Shown here: one piece after another, positions 49,268 through 64,000 of the stretch
How positions within the stretch are numbered: the stretch's first letter is position 1
Layout: the number at the start of each line of letters is the position of its first letter
From: Octopus sinensis
Lineage: Eukaryota
Length of the DNA stretch: 64,000 nucleotides
Direction of reading: 5' to 3'
Assembly: GCF_006345805.1 (NCBI RefSeq)
Contig: NC_043014.1
Location: forward strand, 47,740,001 to 47,804,000
Program-made: the position numbers and the translations under genes
The notes under the pieces: model-generated
The model's database searches: none
What the model was told of the DNA's origin: nothing
The model's input: only the letters and a program-made list of their open reading frames with translations

Positions 49268-49384
49268 GGAGTAAACACATAAATGTGAAACAAGGTGGAA
49301 AAAACTGTCCGACGAACGGGAACGTGAAACTCCGAGTAACAGCTTTTGTTAAATTTCTGCTGCTTTTAAATAAAGTATATATAT

Positions 49385-49431
<47 letters not shown>

Positions 49432-49450
49432 TATATATATTATATACACA
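48560..49450. repeat. (TA)n/(TATG)n microsatellite between COG8 and ATP6V1A
   Basis: Directly visible. Confidence 0.97.
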
Positions 49451-50011
49451 GCACAATAAATCTTGACCATGATTCATCAAATAAGATTGTTAATAAAGAG
49501 ATGGAGGTTTCCGGAAGAATCCTTTGCACAGCCTAGTTGTCAGCATCTTGTGATGAGGGCGTAAGGTTTGGTATCCTGACTTACACAACACTGGAAGTGA
49601 AGGGAGACAACAACTGTAGCGTTACTGCAACAGTGTGTAGTGGTACGCTACAACACAAACTGCAGCGGTCAGTACACTACAACACTGACTGCCATGCTAG
49701 GTACATTACACTGCAGTGGCACACTGTAGCATTGACTGCAGTAATAGGTACATTACAACAGCACGCAGTGGTACACTACAACACACATACTGTAATGGTA
49801 AGTATACAACAGAGACTGTAGTAGTAGTAGTTACACTACAACACAGACTGCAGTGGTACACTGGGAGAGAAGATAGAAAGAGGTGGGGGAGGAGGGGCTG
49901 AAGTAACATTTATACACCATACAGCTAAGTTAGAATCAAAATCTGTACAAAAGATGGGAAAGTGACACTAACGAGATCTTAATTAGAAAATGACACTAAC
50001 AAGATCTTAAA

Positions 50012-50107
50012 TTAGAAATCTTCCAAGTTTCGGAATGCCGTCTGCATTTCTTCAAAAAGTTCGTCAAAATCTGCTTTGATCTTCCGCTCACCATCTTTAT
50101 CTGGATC
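50012..50107 (-). CDS. ATP6V1A: V-type ATPase catalytic subunit A, terminal exon
   Basis: [31 protein letters not shown]-stop; tag acceptor. Confidence 0.95.
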   Translation of the reverse strand, partial: DPDKDGERKIKADFDELFEEMQTAFRNLEDF

Positions 50108-50257
50108 CTACAAAAACAGAAATATTGGAATGAACCCTTTAGAATAGTGAGATATAAGAGGGAGCTGGGTGGTGGTGGGGTAGATACAACTGAAACATAA
50201 AACTCAAAATATCAGGGTTTCTAGATTCGTGTGAGATGGCAAAATGCCGAGGTTTAA

Positions 50258-50477
50258 CCCTTTAGTGTTTAAACCGGCCACATCTGGCCCAGATATTCTA
50301 CTTGTTTTATGTTTGAACTAGCCATATCTAACCTCTCACACCTAACCTACATTGACATTCTAAAAATAAGCAATCACATCATTGAAACCTCAAAGCTGTA
50401 AGATAATGCATGATTAATTTAAAACAATTTGAGTGAAAAAGTATTACATTTAACAGAGTAATCTGAACACTAAAGGG
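50258..50477. mobile_element. piggyBac-type MITE
   Basis: TTAA TSDs and CCCTTTAG TIRs; homologous to 29306-29526. Confidence 0.9.
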
Positions 50478-50538
50478 TTAAATGAAGCAAATTTTGAGTG
50501 TTGGATGTAAATTTAAAATGAAATTAAAGACACTTTAC

Positions 50539-50710
50539 CTTGAACTTCATACTGCTTAGTTTATACATAATGTCTCCTAATTGTTCCCTAATGATAGCCC
50601 AGGTAATCTTCTTCTCACTCTGAGCCGTACTTTCCACAGCATGTCTAGCAAGGTCATAGAATGTAATGATGTTCTTTAACATGCCTACGGTCTTGTAGAA
50701 TGGACAGAAC
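50539..50710 (-). CDS. ATP6V1A: ATP6V1A exon
   Basis: [57 protein letters not shown]; cag acceptor, GTAAAG donor. Confidence 0.97.
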
Positions 50711-51499
50711 CTGACAAAAAATTAAGAGACGAGACGTTAAGAAAGCAGACAAGTGGTCAGATATTGCAGGACTCTGTTCAAAGTAGAGAGGTATATAATT
50801 AGACACTTGTGCCGGTGGCACGTAAAAAGCACCATCCGAACGTGGCCAATGCCAGCGCCACTTTGACTGGCTTCTGTGCCAGTGGCACATAAAAAGCACC
50901 AACCAATCGTGGGCGCTGCCAGCCTCCCCTGGCACCTGTGCCAGTGGCACGTAAAAAGGACAAAAAATTAAGAGACGAGACGTTATGAAAGCAGACAAGT
51001 GGTCAGTTATTGCAGGACTCTGTTCAAAGTAGAGAGGTATATAATTAGACACTTGTGCCGGTGGCACGTAAAAAGCACCATCCAAACGTGGCCAATGCCA
51101 GCGCCGCCTTGACTGGCTTCTGTGCCAGTGGCACATAAAAAGCACCAACTGATCGTGGCTGCTGCCAGCCTCCCCTGGCACCTGTGCCAGTGGCACGTAA
51201 AAAGCACCCACTACACTCGCGGAGTTAGGAAGGGCGTCCAGCTGTAGAAACACTGCCAGATCAGACTGGAGCTTGGTGCAGCCTCCTGGCTTCCCAGACC
51301 CCAGTCGAACCGTCCAACCCGTGCTAGCACGGAAAACGGACGTTAAACGATGATGAAGTTGGTGAAAAAAAAGACATGCCATAGATATAAGGAAGTCAAT
51401 CTCAACAAGATGTTATGAAACCAGGGTGTTGTCCATGGTCATTTCTAATATTTCCCCACCACCTTCCCTATAAAAATTAGTGGTGACCACTACACTCAC

Positions 51500-51594
51500 C
51501 TGTCATATGGTGTGTAACCATTTTGTTGAAGGAAGTCGTCTTTGATTAGTCGAGACACCTCCAAAGTGATTTTATCGGATTCTGCAAGGGAACC
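51500..51594 (-). CDS. ATP6V1A: ATP6V1A exon
   Basis: [31 protein letters not shown](R); cag acceptor, GTGAGT donor. Confidence 0.97.
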
Positions 51595-51911
51595 CTGGAA
51601 GAGAGATTACAACTTTTATTGGTATAGCAATAAACCTACAACTTTGGTTGCTAACTAAGTATCTAAGATTATTTCTTGTAAACACAATTAGAACTATTTT
51701 GATTGTAGACCTCATCCTTATACGTTGATGTTTCTCCATGTAGAGATAACACTAGGTTTTTTGCTTTTCTCCTAAACTGAATAATCAGAACAAATAATCA
51801 CATCAAGTCAATAAAAAATGTGTTTCTAAAGTGTTCATTATCTCAGTATGATATAATTTCAGCTTAAACAAAAACGAAATCAAATAGAAATACTGAATTA
51901 TTAGTATTACT

Positions 51912-51951
<40 letters not shown>

Positions 51952-52384
51952 TCACTGTTGATATCCTCATTTATACTTCAATGTTAACAACATCCAAGGT
52001 GGGGAACTGGCAGAATCGTTAGCAAGTCAAGCAAAATTCTTAGTGCTCTGTCTTTACATTCAGAGTTAAAATATCATCAAAGTCAACTTTGCCTTTAATC
52101 CTTTACTTTTAATAAGTATCAGTGATATACTGGACTCAACATAATTGATCTATTCCTTGCCTGAAATTGTTGGTTTTGTGTCAAAAATTGTAAACAATAT
52201 TAATGTTTTAGTTTCCCCACTTCATCATAGCCATGTTTCTAATTCATCATAGCCATATTTCAAGATGTTGTTTTCTTGGATACTAAAGAGAAAAGCCCTA
52301 AACCTTAGAGAGACCCTAACCTTAAAGAGAGAGAAACAGAGACATGAATTTGTAATATATGACCATCACCACTGGTTTACCTAC

Positions 52385-52444
52385 CTTGCCGACCAATTGG
52401 ACAATCTCTGATAAATCTTCTTCTTCTTGTAGGATTTCTTTGCA
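52385..52444 (-). CDS. ATP6V1A: ATP6V1A exon
   Basis: CKEILQEEEDLSEIVQLVGK; tag acceptor, GTAGGT donor. Confidence 0.96.
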
Positions 52445-52557
52445 CTAGTAAAATAGAAAAATAAAAATTCAAGTTAGTGGTTACCTTTCTATAACACACA
52501 ACATTGACACTATAACCACACATTCCACATTTATTAAGCAGCTTCATAAACCATTCA

Positions 52558-52839
<282 letters not shown>

Positions 52840-53941
52840 TTATCATGTAAAACAGTATTGTAGATGTCAACTGGCCAGTTCCATATTTCACAGTTGGAAC
52901 TGGGAAGACATCTCTTCTTTGATATCAATTTAGGCAATATTGTTGAAAATGTTTGTCATTCACAGGAAAAGATACTGGATTATCTCAATCTTTTCTGGTC
53001 ACATTTCTAGTGCAAAAGTCTGTCTGTGTCAGTCCTTAAATCCTTAAAAATGTTTCGGCTTGAAAGCTGTGGCCATGCTAGGGCACCGCCGTCAATGTTG
53101 AAAATAATTAAGAATTTGGAGGGGATTGGTAAATTAACTAACTTCATTAATCAAGGCTTGGAAAATAACAAATGTTTTTTTACGAAAAAGGTTTTAAATT
53201 TAAATACAAACATTATAAAAAGAGAACGCTTTGTATCTTAGAGCTAGACAAGGTTTCTGATAGATCAGTACCAAAACAGATAAACACAATTTGTGTTACT
53301 TCACAAATATTTTTTGATTAAATTATAATGACAACTCATTCTGGTAGTATGACCTCCAGGAAGGACATGCATAACAACTGTTGTGGTTGTGTGACTTCTT
53401 GTAAGGACAGATATAACAACTGTTGTGGTTAACTCTATTCAGTCTGAAATTGTGAAGATAGGACAACCCTATCACTGTTTTGTGTTTCAAGCCTATAGAT
53501 AGGTAGGTAGTAATTGACTGTGCCATGGTATCTCTCAGAGACGTAATAAACAATGAAGTAAATGTCATCTGTACCATAAAGTGACATTTCAAATTGATGC
53601 AATTATTGTGACCAAAGGTGTAGAGGTAAACATTACTTCTAGATGTCTACTGAAGCATGCGGAGTACCTTAATAGGGTGTGTAGGGTACCCCAATAGTGT
53701 AGAGTATCCGAATAGTGTGTGTTGAATACTCCTAATATAGTGTTTAGAGTAACACCAAAAGAGCATGTACAGTACCTAGCTATAGTGTATAAAATACTCT
53801 GTTAGTATGTGCAGGATACTCTGATCTGCTAGGGTGTGTTGTATGCAGTCAAGGTGTTTAGTGCGGCCCACTGTGCGGTTTAGTATACTCTTTTTTTCAA
53901 CTAAGGTATCATAAAACAAAGATAGTAAACAGTGATACTCA

Positions 53942-54379
<438 letters not shown>

Positions 54380-54410
54380 TCACGACTTTATACACACACA
54401 CATATACACA

Positions 54411-54450
<40 letters not shown>

Positions 54451-55334
54451 CACCATCCAAATGTGGCTGATGCCAGTGCTCCCTGACTGGTACCCGTGCC
54501 AGTGGCACATAAAAAGCACCGTCCGAACACAATCAATGCCAGGGTCGCCTGACTGGCTCCTGTGCCAATGACACGTAAAAAGCACTAACCGAATGTGCTG
54601 GTGGCACATACAAAGCACCCACTACACTCTCAGAGGGGTTGGTGTTAGGAAGGGCATCCAGCTGTAGAAACATTGCCAGATCAGATTAGAGCCTGGTGCA
54701 GCCACTGGTTTTCTAGACCTCAGTCAAACCGTCCAACCCATGCCATCATGGAAAAAGGACGTTAAACAATGATGATGATGATGATGATACAAAGACAGAC
54801 AGACAGATATTATAAAGTTGCCACATTTATTTATTTATCTATTTATAATTGTCACCATGATCTGGCAGAATCGTTAGCACACGAGACAAAATGCTTAGCA
54901 GTATTCCATCCATCTTTATGCTCAGAGTTCACATTCTGCAAGACTGACTTTTTGCCCTTCATCACTTCGGGGTCGATAAAATAAGTACCCCTTCCCCCAA
55001 AATCGCTGACCTTGTGCCAAAATTTGAAATCATTATTATTGTTGTTGAGATGCATGGCTTAGTGGTTAAGGTGTTACACTCAGTATCATAAGATCATAGT
55101 TTCAATTCTGGGACAGAGTGATGTGTTGTGTTCTTGACCAAAACACTTCATTTCTCACTACTCCAGTCCACTCAGCTGACAAAAGAGAGTAATCCTGCGA
55201 TGGACTGACACCCTGTCCAAAAGGGAAATATATACATCACAGAATCCAGAAAACTGGCCATATGACCCTATGGCTTGGGAAGGGCTTTTGGTCCTTTGAT
55301 TATTATTAGTATTATAATAATTATCTATCTATTG

Positions 55335-55524
55335 CAGTGGTTTTCAACCAGGGTTCCGCCAGTACAGTCCAGGGGTTCCGCAAGAAGTTACAAAACTGCT
55401 AAAATCGGCAGTAATTTTTAATTCTCCTGTGCATAAGACTTATTAGATTATTGCACAGGGGTTCCTCGAGCCAGTGGAATGTTTCCTTGGGGTTCCGCTC
55501 CAGCAAAAAGTTTGAAAAGCACTG
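55335..55524. mobile_element. hAT-type MITE
   Basis: CAGTGGTTTTCAA...TTGAAAAGCACTG termini; 8-bp TSD ATCTATTG/ATCTATCG. Confidence 0.88.
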
Positions 55525-57716
55525 ATCTATCGTATGGCGACAAGCTGGCAGAAGTATTAGCATGTTGGAGTAAATGCTTTGCAGTATTTGTTCCAGCGGT
55601 CTACATTCTGAGTTCAAATTCACCAGTGATCTTAGGCTTTCATCCTCCAGGGTTGATAAAAGGTGATATCTCTCCAGGAGTGGACATGTTTTCACAGAAG
55701 ACTGGAAATAAAGGATACCTCTTCTATGACTGTGACATTGGTTTACAACTCTCACACAATGTCAAGACAACGAGGCACAAACACGTGAACACATATATAC
55801 ATAAATATTTACACACACATACACACACACATATATGTATTTCTTTACTACCCAGAAGGGGCTAAACACAGAGGGGACAAACAAGGACAGACATAGGTAT
55901 TAAGTCGATTACATCGACCGCAGTGCGTAACTGGTACTTAATTTATCGACCCCGAAAGGATGAAAGGCAAAGTCGACCTCGGCGGAATTTGAACTCAGAA
56001 CGTAACGGCAGACGAAATACGGCTATGCATTTCGCCTGGTGTGCTAACGATTCTGCCAGCTCACACACAGATATATGACAGGCTTCTTTCAGTTACTGTC
56101 AACCTGATAGTAGAAAACACTTGCCCAAGGTGCCATGCAGTGAGATTGAACCCAAAACCACATGGTCCAGGAAGTGAAATGCTTAAGCACACAGCCATGG
56201 TGTGTGTGTGTGTGTGTGACAGAACAGTGACAGAACAAAGATGTGTTAGGTATTATATCTATCTCATGTATGTACTAACTAAATTATACACACATGACAC
56301 AAACACACCTATCAGTGAGAATACATAAAATGCAATCAGGATATAAGATACACGGGTGACGGGGAAGTTACCCATGTAGGTCTTCTGTATGAGAGAAAAT
56401 AACCACTTAAGAGCTGGCTAACATAAAGGTGTGGGATGAAGACTTTTAATTAAAATACTTCCCTATAAAGCCATACATAATTTATAGTTTTAAATTCCAA
56501 GGTTGTCTCTTCTACCTTTCTTGAGCAGAGTTAATCATTAAACTAACGATCGTTTTTCCTTGTTAAAGGCGGAATTTTAATAAAATTTTGTTGACTAACT
56601 ATATAATCTTTTATCTTTTACTTGTTTCAGTCACTGAACTGCAGCCATGCTGGGGCACCACTATGAAGAATTTCCATCATCATCATCATCATCATTGTTT
56701 AACGTCTGCTTTCCATACTGGCATGGGTTGGACGATTTGACTGAGGTCTGGCGAACCAGATGGCTGCACCACACTCCAATCTGATCTGGCAGAGTTTCTA
56801 CAACTGGATGCCCTTCCTAAACCCAACCACTCAAAGAGTGTAGTGAGTGCTTTTATGTTCCACCAGCACGAGGATCAGTCTGGCGGTACTGGCAATGGCC
56901 ACACTCAAATGGTGCTAAGAATTTTAGTTGAACAAATCGACCCCAGCACTTTTTTTTTTTAAAAGCCTGGTACTACTTATTCTATCAGTCTCTTTTACTG
57001 AATAGCTAAGTTATGACAATACAAACAAACCAACAGAAGATGTCAAGCAGTGGTATGGGACAACCACAAAGACACACACATAGATATATACATATATGAC
57101 TAGCTTCTTTCAGTTTCCATCGACTAAATCCACTCACAGAGTTTTGGTTGACCCTGGGGCTATAGTAGAAGATACTTGCCCGAGGTGCCATGCAGTGGGA
57201 CTGAAACTGGAACCACATGGTTGAGAAGCAAACTTCTTACCACACAGCCATGCCTGGATGGTTGGTATTAGCAAAGACACCCAGCTGAATAAATGTCAAA
57301 GCTGGTATAGAACTGGGCACAGCTCTCTGGCTCGTCTATTCTTGTCAAACTGTCCAACCCACGTCAGTATGGAAAAGGGAACATCATCATCATCCTCGTT
57401 TAACGTCCGTTTTCCATGCTAGCATGGGTTGGACAGTTCGACCGGGGATCTAGGAAGCCAGAAGGCTGCACCAGGCTCCAGTCTGATCTGGCAGTGTTTC
57501 TACAGCTGGATGTCCTTCCTAACGCCAACCACTCCGTGAGTGTAGTGGGTGCTTTTTACGTGCCAGGTGAGGCTGGCAACGGCCACGATCGGATTGATGC
57601 TTTTTACGTGCCACCGGCACGGAAGCCAGTCAAGGTGGCACTGGCATCAGCCACGTTCGGATGGTGCTTTTTACGTGCCACCGGCACGGAAGCCAGTCTA
57701 GTCTAGGAACATCAAA

Positions 57717-57816
<100 letters not shown>

Positions 57817-58107
57817 GTAGGTAGGTAGATATCATCATCATCATCATCCAGTGTTTTAAATCCGGGTTTGGTCCCCGTTAACGATATATTCTTTCAATAT
57901 ATTCTGCAGTACAGTATATCCGTGTAATAATCACATCAGCACTAACTGTTCCATTTGATAAGATCCACTCAACACACAGGGCTAGGCCAGATATTTCTTA
58001 CGACAGATACAGTCAACACACCTGGCTACTTTTCTGTGGTCAGATAAGAATTGCGAGCTTCAAAACAGTTGCTATAGTAACAGCAGGTAAACACAATACA
58101 TACATAC

Positions 58108-58216
58108 CTGTGTAGATAGAGGCTTCACGAGCAGCTACAGGCATATTGGAGGTGTTAGCTACCAAAGCTGTTCTCTTCATAATACTCTCAGGATTTCCAG
58201 CAACTTCCATTGTCAA
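58108..58216 (-). CDS. ATP6V1A: ATP6V1A exon
   Basis: [36 protein letters not shown](G); tag acceptor, GTATGT donor. Confidence 0.97.
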
Positions 58217-59096
58217 CTACAATTAAAAGTCATCTTTAGTTAATACATTTCTACATTAGATTCTACATTAAAGATACTAATATAATCATATGTATCAATT
58301 GTGGTAGATATAGGTGTGTGCATAATTTTGCAAATGGGGTAAATAGAACTCAGTACATGAAACAGAATATGCTATATATATTGCTATTATTGTTATAGTT
58401 GGCACTCCGTCGGTTATGACGAGGGTTCCAGTTGATCCGATCAACGGAACAGCCTGCTCGTGAAATTAACGTGCAAGTGGCTGAGCACTCCACAGACACG
58501 TGTACCCTTAACGTAGTTCTCGGGGGAGATTCAGCGTGACACAGAGTGTGACAAGGCTGGCCCTTTGAAATACAAGTATAGCACAAACAGGAAGAGCGAG
58601 AGAAAGTTGTGGTGAAAGAGTACAGCAGGGCTCGCCGCCACCCCCTGCCGGAGCCTCATGGAGCTTTAGGTGTTTTCGCTCAATAAACATTCACAATGCC
58701 CGGCCTGGGAATCAAAACCGCGGTCCTATGACCACAAGTCCATTGCCCTAACCACTGGGCCATTATTGTTATATATATATATATGTGTGTGGAGGCGCAA
58801 TGGCCCAGTGGTTAGGGCAGCAGACTCGCGGTTGTAGGATCGCGGTTTTGATTCCCAGGCCGGGCATTGTGAGTGTTTATTGAGCGAAAACACCTAAAGC
58901 TCCATGAGGCTCCGGCAGGGGGTGGTGGCGGTCCCTGCTGTACTCTTTCGCCACAACTTTCTCTCACTCTTTCTTCTGTTGGCCTGCTCACTTAGCCAGT
59001 TGGGTGGCGTCATTTGAAGGCTAAAACAATGCGAAGCGCATTGTGACCAGCGATGTGTAGCAACATCTGATAGCCTGGTCGATCACAGTGATCACG

Positions 59097-59133
<37 letters not shown>

Positions 59134-60978
59134 TATTACCGTTGTCTTTGTTGTTATTATTATTATTACCATCATTATTATTGGCCATGAACCTATGAGT
59201 GACTCAAGGGCTTAGAGTTTCACAATACTGCACTTACTTCAACTGTGATGGTAGTGTGTGTGTGTGTGTGTGTGTAACATACACAAACAGAATCATGACT
59301 AACTTACAAGTGAAAATGACTCAGTGGCAAAAACCATGCTTTTGCTAATTGCTTTCATAGTGACAAGCAGATATAAGCCCTCTCTCAACTTTCCTACCCC
59401 TTGACCCAACACAACATCACAGATGTGACGAGTGGAAGGAGAGAGGGCTGGCTGCCACACCAGTCAGCTGGTACTAAATTCTGAGCTGCGTAGGCAGGAG
59501 CAATGAGAAATGAAGTGCCTTGCTCAAAGACACAACAGGCTGCCTGGTCCAAGAATTGAACCCATGACTATAAGAGCAACACCCTAACTACTAGGCCATG
59601 CTTTCATTCATTCATACACACACACACACATATAACTTAGCTGGCATTCTGTTGATTATGACGACAAGTGTTCTAGCTGACCTAATCAACAGAACAGCCT
59701 GCTCATGAAATTACTGTGCAAGTGACTGACCACTCCACAAGCACATGTATCTCTAACGTGGTTCTTAGGGAGATTCAGCATGACACAGAATGTAACAGGT
59801 CTGACCCCTTTCGAATTACAGGTAAAACTCATTTTTGCCAGCTGAGTGGACTGAAGGAAAATGCCACCTGGAATCGAACTTACAACCTTACAATCACGAG
59901 TTAAATACCCTAATCACTAAGCATTATGTGCCATCATCATCATTTAACGCCTGCCTGCCATGCTGGCATGGATGGGATGCTTTGACAGGAGCTGGCCAGG
60001 CTGAAGCTTGCACCAGACTTCTGTAACTGTTTCGGCAGGATTTTTGCAGCTGGATGCCCTTCCTAACACCAACTACTCAGCAGAGTGGACTTAGTGCTTC
60101 ATCATCATCATCATCATCATCGTTTAACGTCTACTTTCCATGCTAGCATGGGTTGGATGGTTCGACCGGGGATGTGGGAAGCCAGAAGGCTGCACGAGGC
60201 TCCAGTCTTATCTGGCAATGTTTCTACAGCTGGATGCCCTTCCTAATGCCAACCACTCCGTGAGTGTAGTGGGTGCTTTTTACGTGCCAGGCGAGGCTGG
60301 CAGCGGCCACGGTCGGATTGGTGCATTTTACTTGCCAACGGCACGGAAGCCAGTCGAGGCGGCACTGTCATCGGCCAAGATTTGGATGGTGCTTTTTACG
60401 TGCCACCGGCATATACATATATGTTATTTGAACTGTGGTAGAGATCATCATAATTTCACATAACCTGCTTTCCATGTCTTGCCTGAGTTGAAGATGGGAT
60501 GATAGGATTAGTAACTATTTAGAAATGTTGTAATGATTGAAACAATTAGACAAGATTCTAACTAATTGCCACAGCTGTCAATTGGATTTAGGGACATTAA
60601 TTGTGGCCCTTGAAATATTTGCAGAACTATCCCCACCATTACTGGCCAAAATCACTGCTACTACTACTACTACTACTACTACTACAACACTTAGTAATAA
60701 AAATAGTAGTGTTTTTGAGAAATGATTGAGAAGTGAGGAGTTATAAATCGGTCATATCAAAATAAAAGGATCAAAGAAGACCCTTCTTTCATGTAAGGGC
60801 ATTGTCAACTAATGTTTCTCTTGCAATTATGAAATTAGGGAAACAATGAAATGAAAGATTCCTATCCTCTGTAATCTCTCTCAACTACTTCCATTTAATG
60901 AACACCTTACAGACAAGTAACAAAAGGGAAATGGTGAAACCTAGGTATCTGAAACCAAGCCCCCTTGACATGCTAGAC

Positions 60979-61197
60979 CAGTGCTTTTCAAACTTTTTGC
61001 TGGAGCGGAACCCCAAGGAAACATTCCACTGACTCGAGGAACCCCTGTGCAATAATTTAATAGTCTTATGCACACATATCTGCACAGGAGAATTAAAAAT
61101 TACTGCCGATTTTAGCAGTTTTGTAACTTCTTGCGGAACCCCTGGACTGTACTGGCGGAACCCTAAGGTTCCGAGGAACCCTGGTTGAAAACCACTG
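60979..61197. mobile_element. hAT-type MITE (inverted copy of 55335-55524)
   Basis: Perfect 8-bp TSD TGCTAGAC. Confidence 0.92.
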
Positions 61198-61271
61198 TGC
61201 TAGACATATCAAACTAGCTCCCACAAATTACATTTGTCTCGACAGGAAGCTTATTGGATTACTCAGTCCTA

Positions 61272-61694
<423 letters not shown>

Positions 61695-62123
61695 TCAGTC
61701 ATTGATGTTACATTTTATTCATGACCCCAATTTACTAGAGTTCTCTACTATCAAAAAGGAATTAATATTTTGTTAACTGGGAGTGATAAGCTTAACATAA
61801 ACCCTGACATTCCGTATTACTGCTATAACAGGTATAAGTTAAATGTCATCTCTGCTAGATTCCCAATAAAGCAGTAATGAACAACATACGCAGAAAACAG
61901 AAGATGCAGTAGATTCTGTTCATTAGTTTGCCTACAATCATTACTCTTGAGCTGTATGTGCAACTGTTTCTATTTTTGTTCAGGAGCCCAGGTAGAGAAT
62001 AAAGTTAGGCATAGAGGCCCTGGTGTGAGAGGGTTAAACATTGGCAAAAGCTACCTGCAATAGACTTGTGAAGGGCATGGCACAGACCCTTACTCCAGAA
62101 TAAACCATAACAGAATAAACAAA

Positions 62124-62292
62124 TAGGCGCAGGAGTGGCTGTGTGGTAAGTAGCTTGTTTACCAACCACATGGTTCCGGGTTCAGTCCCACTGCGTGGCA
62201 CCTTGGGCAAGTGTCTTCTACTATATCCCCGGGCCGACCAAAGCCTTGTGAGTGGATTTGGTAGACGGAAACTGAAAGAAGCCCGTCGTATA

Positions 62293-62337
<45 letters not shown>

Positions 62338-62552
62338 ATGTTTGTGTGTCTGTGTTTGTGCCCCTAGCATTGCTTGACAACAGATGCTGGTGTGTTTACG
62401 TCCCCGTCACTTAGCGGTTTGGCAAAAGAGACCGATAGAATAAGTACTGGGCTTACAAAAGAATAAGTCCCGGGGTCGATTTGCTTGACTAAAGGCGGTG
62501 CTCCAGCATGGCCGCAGTCAAATGACTGAAACAGGTAAAAGAGAGTAAAGAG
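62124..62552 (+). mobile_element. SINE family A, full-length copy
   Basis: Head, (TA)n linker and tail all intact. Confidence 0.85.
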
Positions 62553-63474
62553 AAACACAACAGCAAAGGAATTAAGCACCAACACCATAGATCTTCAAGA
62601 TTTTGAAAATAGTCTTTATTTTTTTTTCTCTAAATATTGAAGATCCATGGTGTTGGTGCTTAACTATTTTTCCTTCTGTATGTGTATTGTCCAACTATTT
62701 CGTTATGGTTTACTCCTGGGGAAAGGGGTGTGCCTCATTGTTCCCAGTTCTTTGCACACTGAAACCACTGAGTTGTGGTAAGTATTGTTTATTCAGGACA
62801 CAAATGGCAACGCTACCAAAGAGGTGTCAATGCAAAGATATGCTGAGGCAAAGACAAACACACACATGCACACATATGAAAAGGAGCTGTGACATTGCCT
62901 CCACAGGCCATCCAAGATCTGATAAGATGATAGCAAAAACTCTTTGAATAGGCTATGCAAACTGATCTTTGAACACTGAATCCGGTCCAAATACCCAGTA
63001 ACTGGGTTTGGCTTGGACAATACACAAGATTACTTATTTATACAAGATTCAGATATTTACCTTTCTATATTAGCCATTTTCTCAACTCTCATCCACCTTT
63101 CAATAAATCCACTTGAAGAGAGTAACTTCCTCTCCACTCCACCTTCCATGTCAAGGGAAATTTATAAACAAGAATCAATGAGGGCTCAACTGAAGAGGAA
63201 ACTGTCTGTCCCCAGGCCTTTCAACCTTATTCTCCACACAACTTCTTTTGCTATAGCCATCAGATAGGGAATTGGAGGCAATCATCCCAATGGTCTTGGC
63301 TGATAGTCAAATCCATCTCACATGCAATAGCAGCTGTTTGACATAACTTCACACGGCAGCAACACCCTAAACACAATGGCTGTAGTAGTAAACTCTGAAC
63401 TTATGACTATGCAGTCAGTAGTCCAGCACTTTAAGCAATGTTCCCCCAAATACAAGGAAATAGGAATGACTCAC

Positions 63475-63626
63475 GGGAACAGAGCATCTAATACACGCTG
63501 TCCGGTTAATAGTGGATAGTTGGCTGCAAGTTTATCTGCAGTTGGTCTAAGTTGTCTGACAGGCCACACTTGTAACATGGTATATTTTGTCTTCTCTCCG
63601 TCAAATTCAGTTTCCAATACAACATC
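63475..63626 (-). CDS. ATP6V1A: ATP6V1A exon; upstream exons lie beyond the window end
   Basis: [51 protein letters not shown]; cag acceptor, GTGAGT donor. Confidence 0.97.
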
Positions 63627-64000
63627 CTGAAAAGAGATGAAACCTACTATCAACATACATCCCCTTCAATATTAAATTAAAAAGCAATCAACATATCAAT
63701 TAAACAAATGTCTGCTACATATTTTTCTTCAGATTTCAAAGACCTTTCATCATCTTCGTCATCATCATTGTTTAACGTCCGCTTTCCATGCTAGCATGGG
63801 TTGGATGGTTCGACCGGGGTCTGGGAAGCCAGGAGGCTGCACCAGGCTCCAGTCTGATCTGGCAGTGTTTCTACAGCTGAATGCCCTTCCTAATGCCAAC
63901 CACTGCGTGAGTGTAGTGGGTGCTTTTTATGTGCCAGGCGAGGCTGGCAACGGCCACAATTGGTTGGTGCTTTTTACGTGCCACCGGTACGGAAGCCAGT

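Noticed and set aside
49962-50018. About 28-bp tandem duplication overlapping the ATP6V1A stop
   Set aside because: Real but trivial; the protein ends normally (LEDF-stop).
50654-51382. 242-aa minus-strand ORF running into FCQVL
   Set aside because: Made of family B repeat plus the 246-bp duplication; the real exon starts at 50710 in another frame.

Overview
AT-rich, intron-rich animal genomic DNA, most likely an octopus (inferred from the SINE families and microsatellite load, not from a database search). It contains three spliced genes reconstructed from GT/AG boundaries with consistent reading phase: the last 3 exons of a gamma-glutamyltranspeptidase-like gene (+, 1647-5955), a complete 13-exon COG8 gene (+, 16528 to about 45013) and the last 9 exons of V-ATPase subunit A (ATP6V1A, -, 50012-63626), convergent with COG8. 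The rest is microsatellites, at least five SINE-like families, RTE and CR1 LINE relics, Tc1/mariner relics (DD36E, DD41D), piggyBac and hAT MITEs, two Helitrons and several foldbacks. I found no CRISPR array, rRNA or genuine tRNA gene. The best leads are: (1) a tRNA-headed SINE-like element ending in a Penelope-type hammerhead ribozyme, with an inverted second hammerhead and a 12-bp TSD (8736-9734); (2) SINE concatemers with the same junction at three loci; (3) a GGT lacking several glutamate-binding residues; (4) a DD36E transposon in a mollusc; (5) a COG8 repeat tail broken by a 1-bp deletion next to a 368-bp duplication. Whether any of these is undescribed cannot be established without searches.
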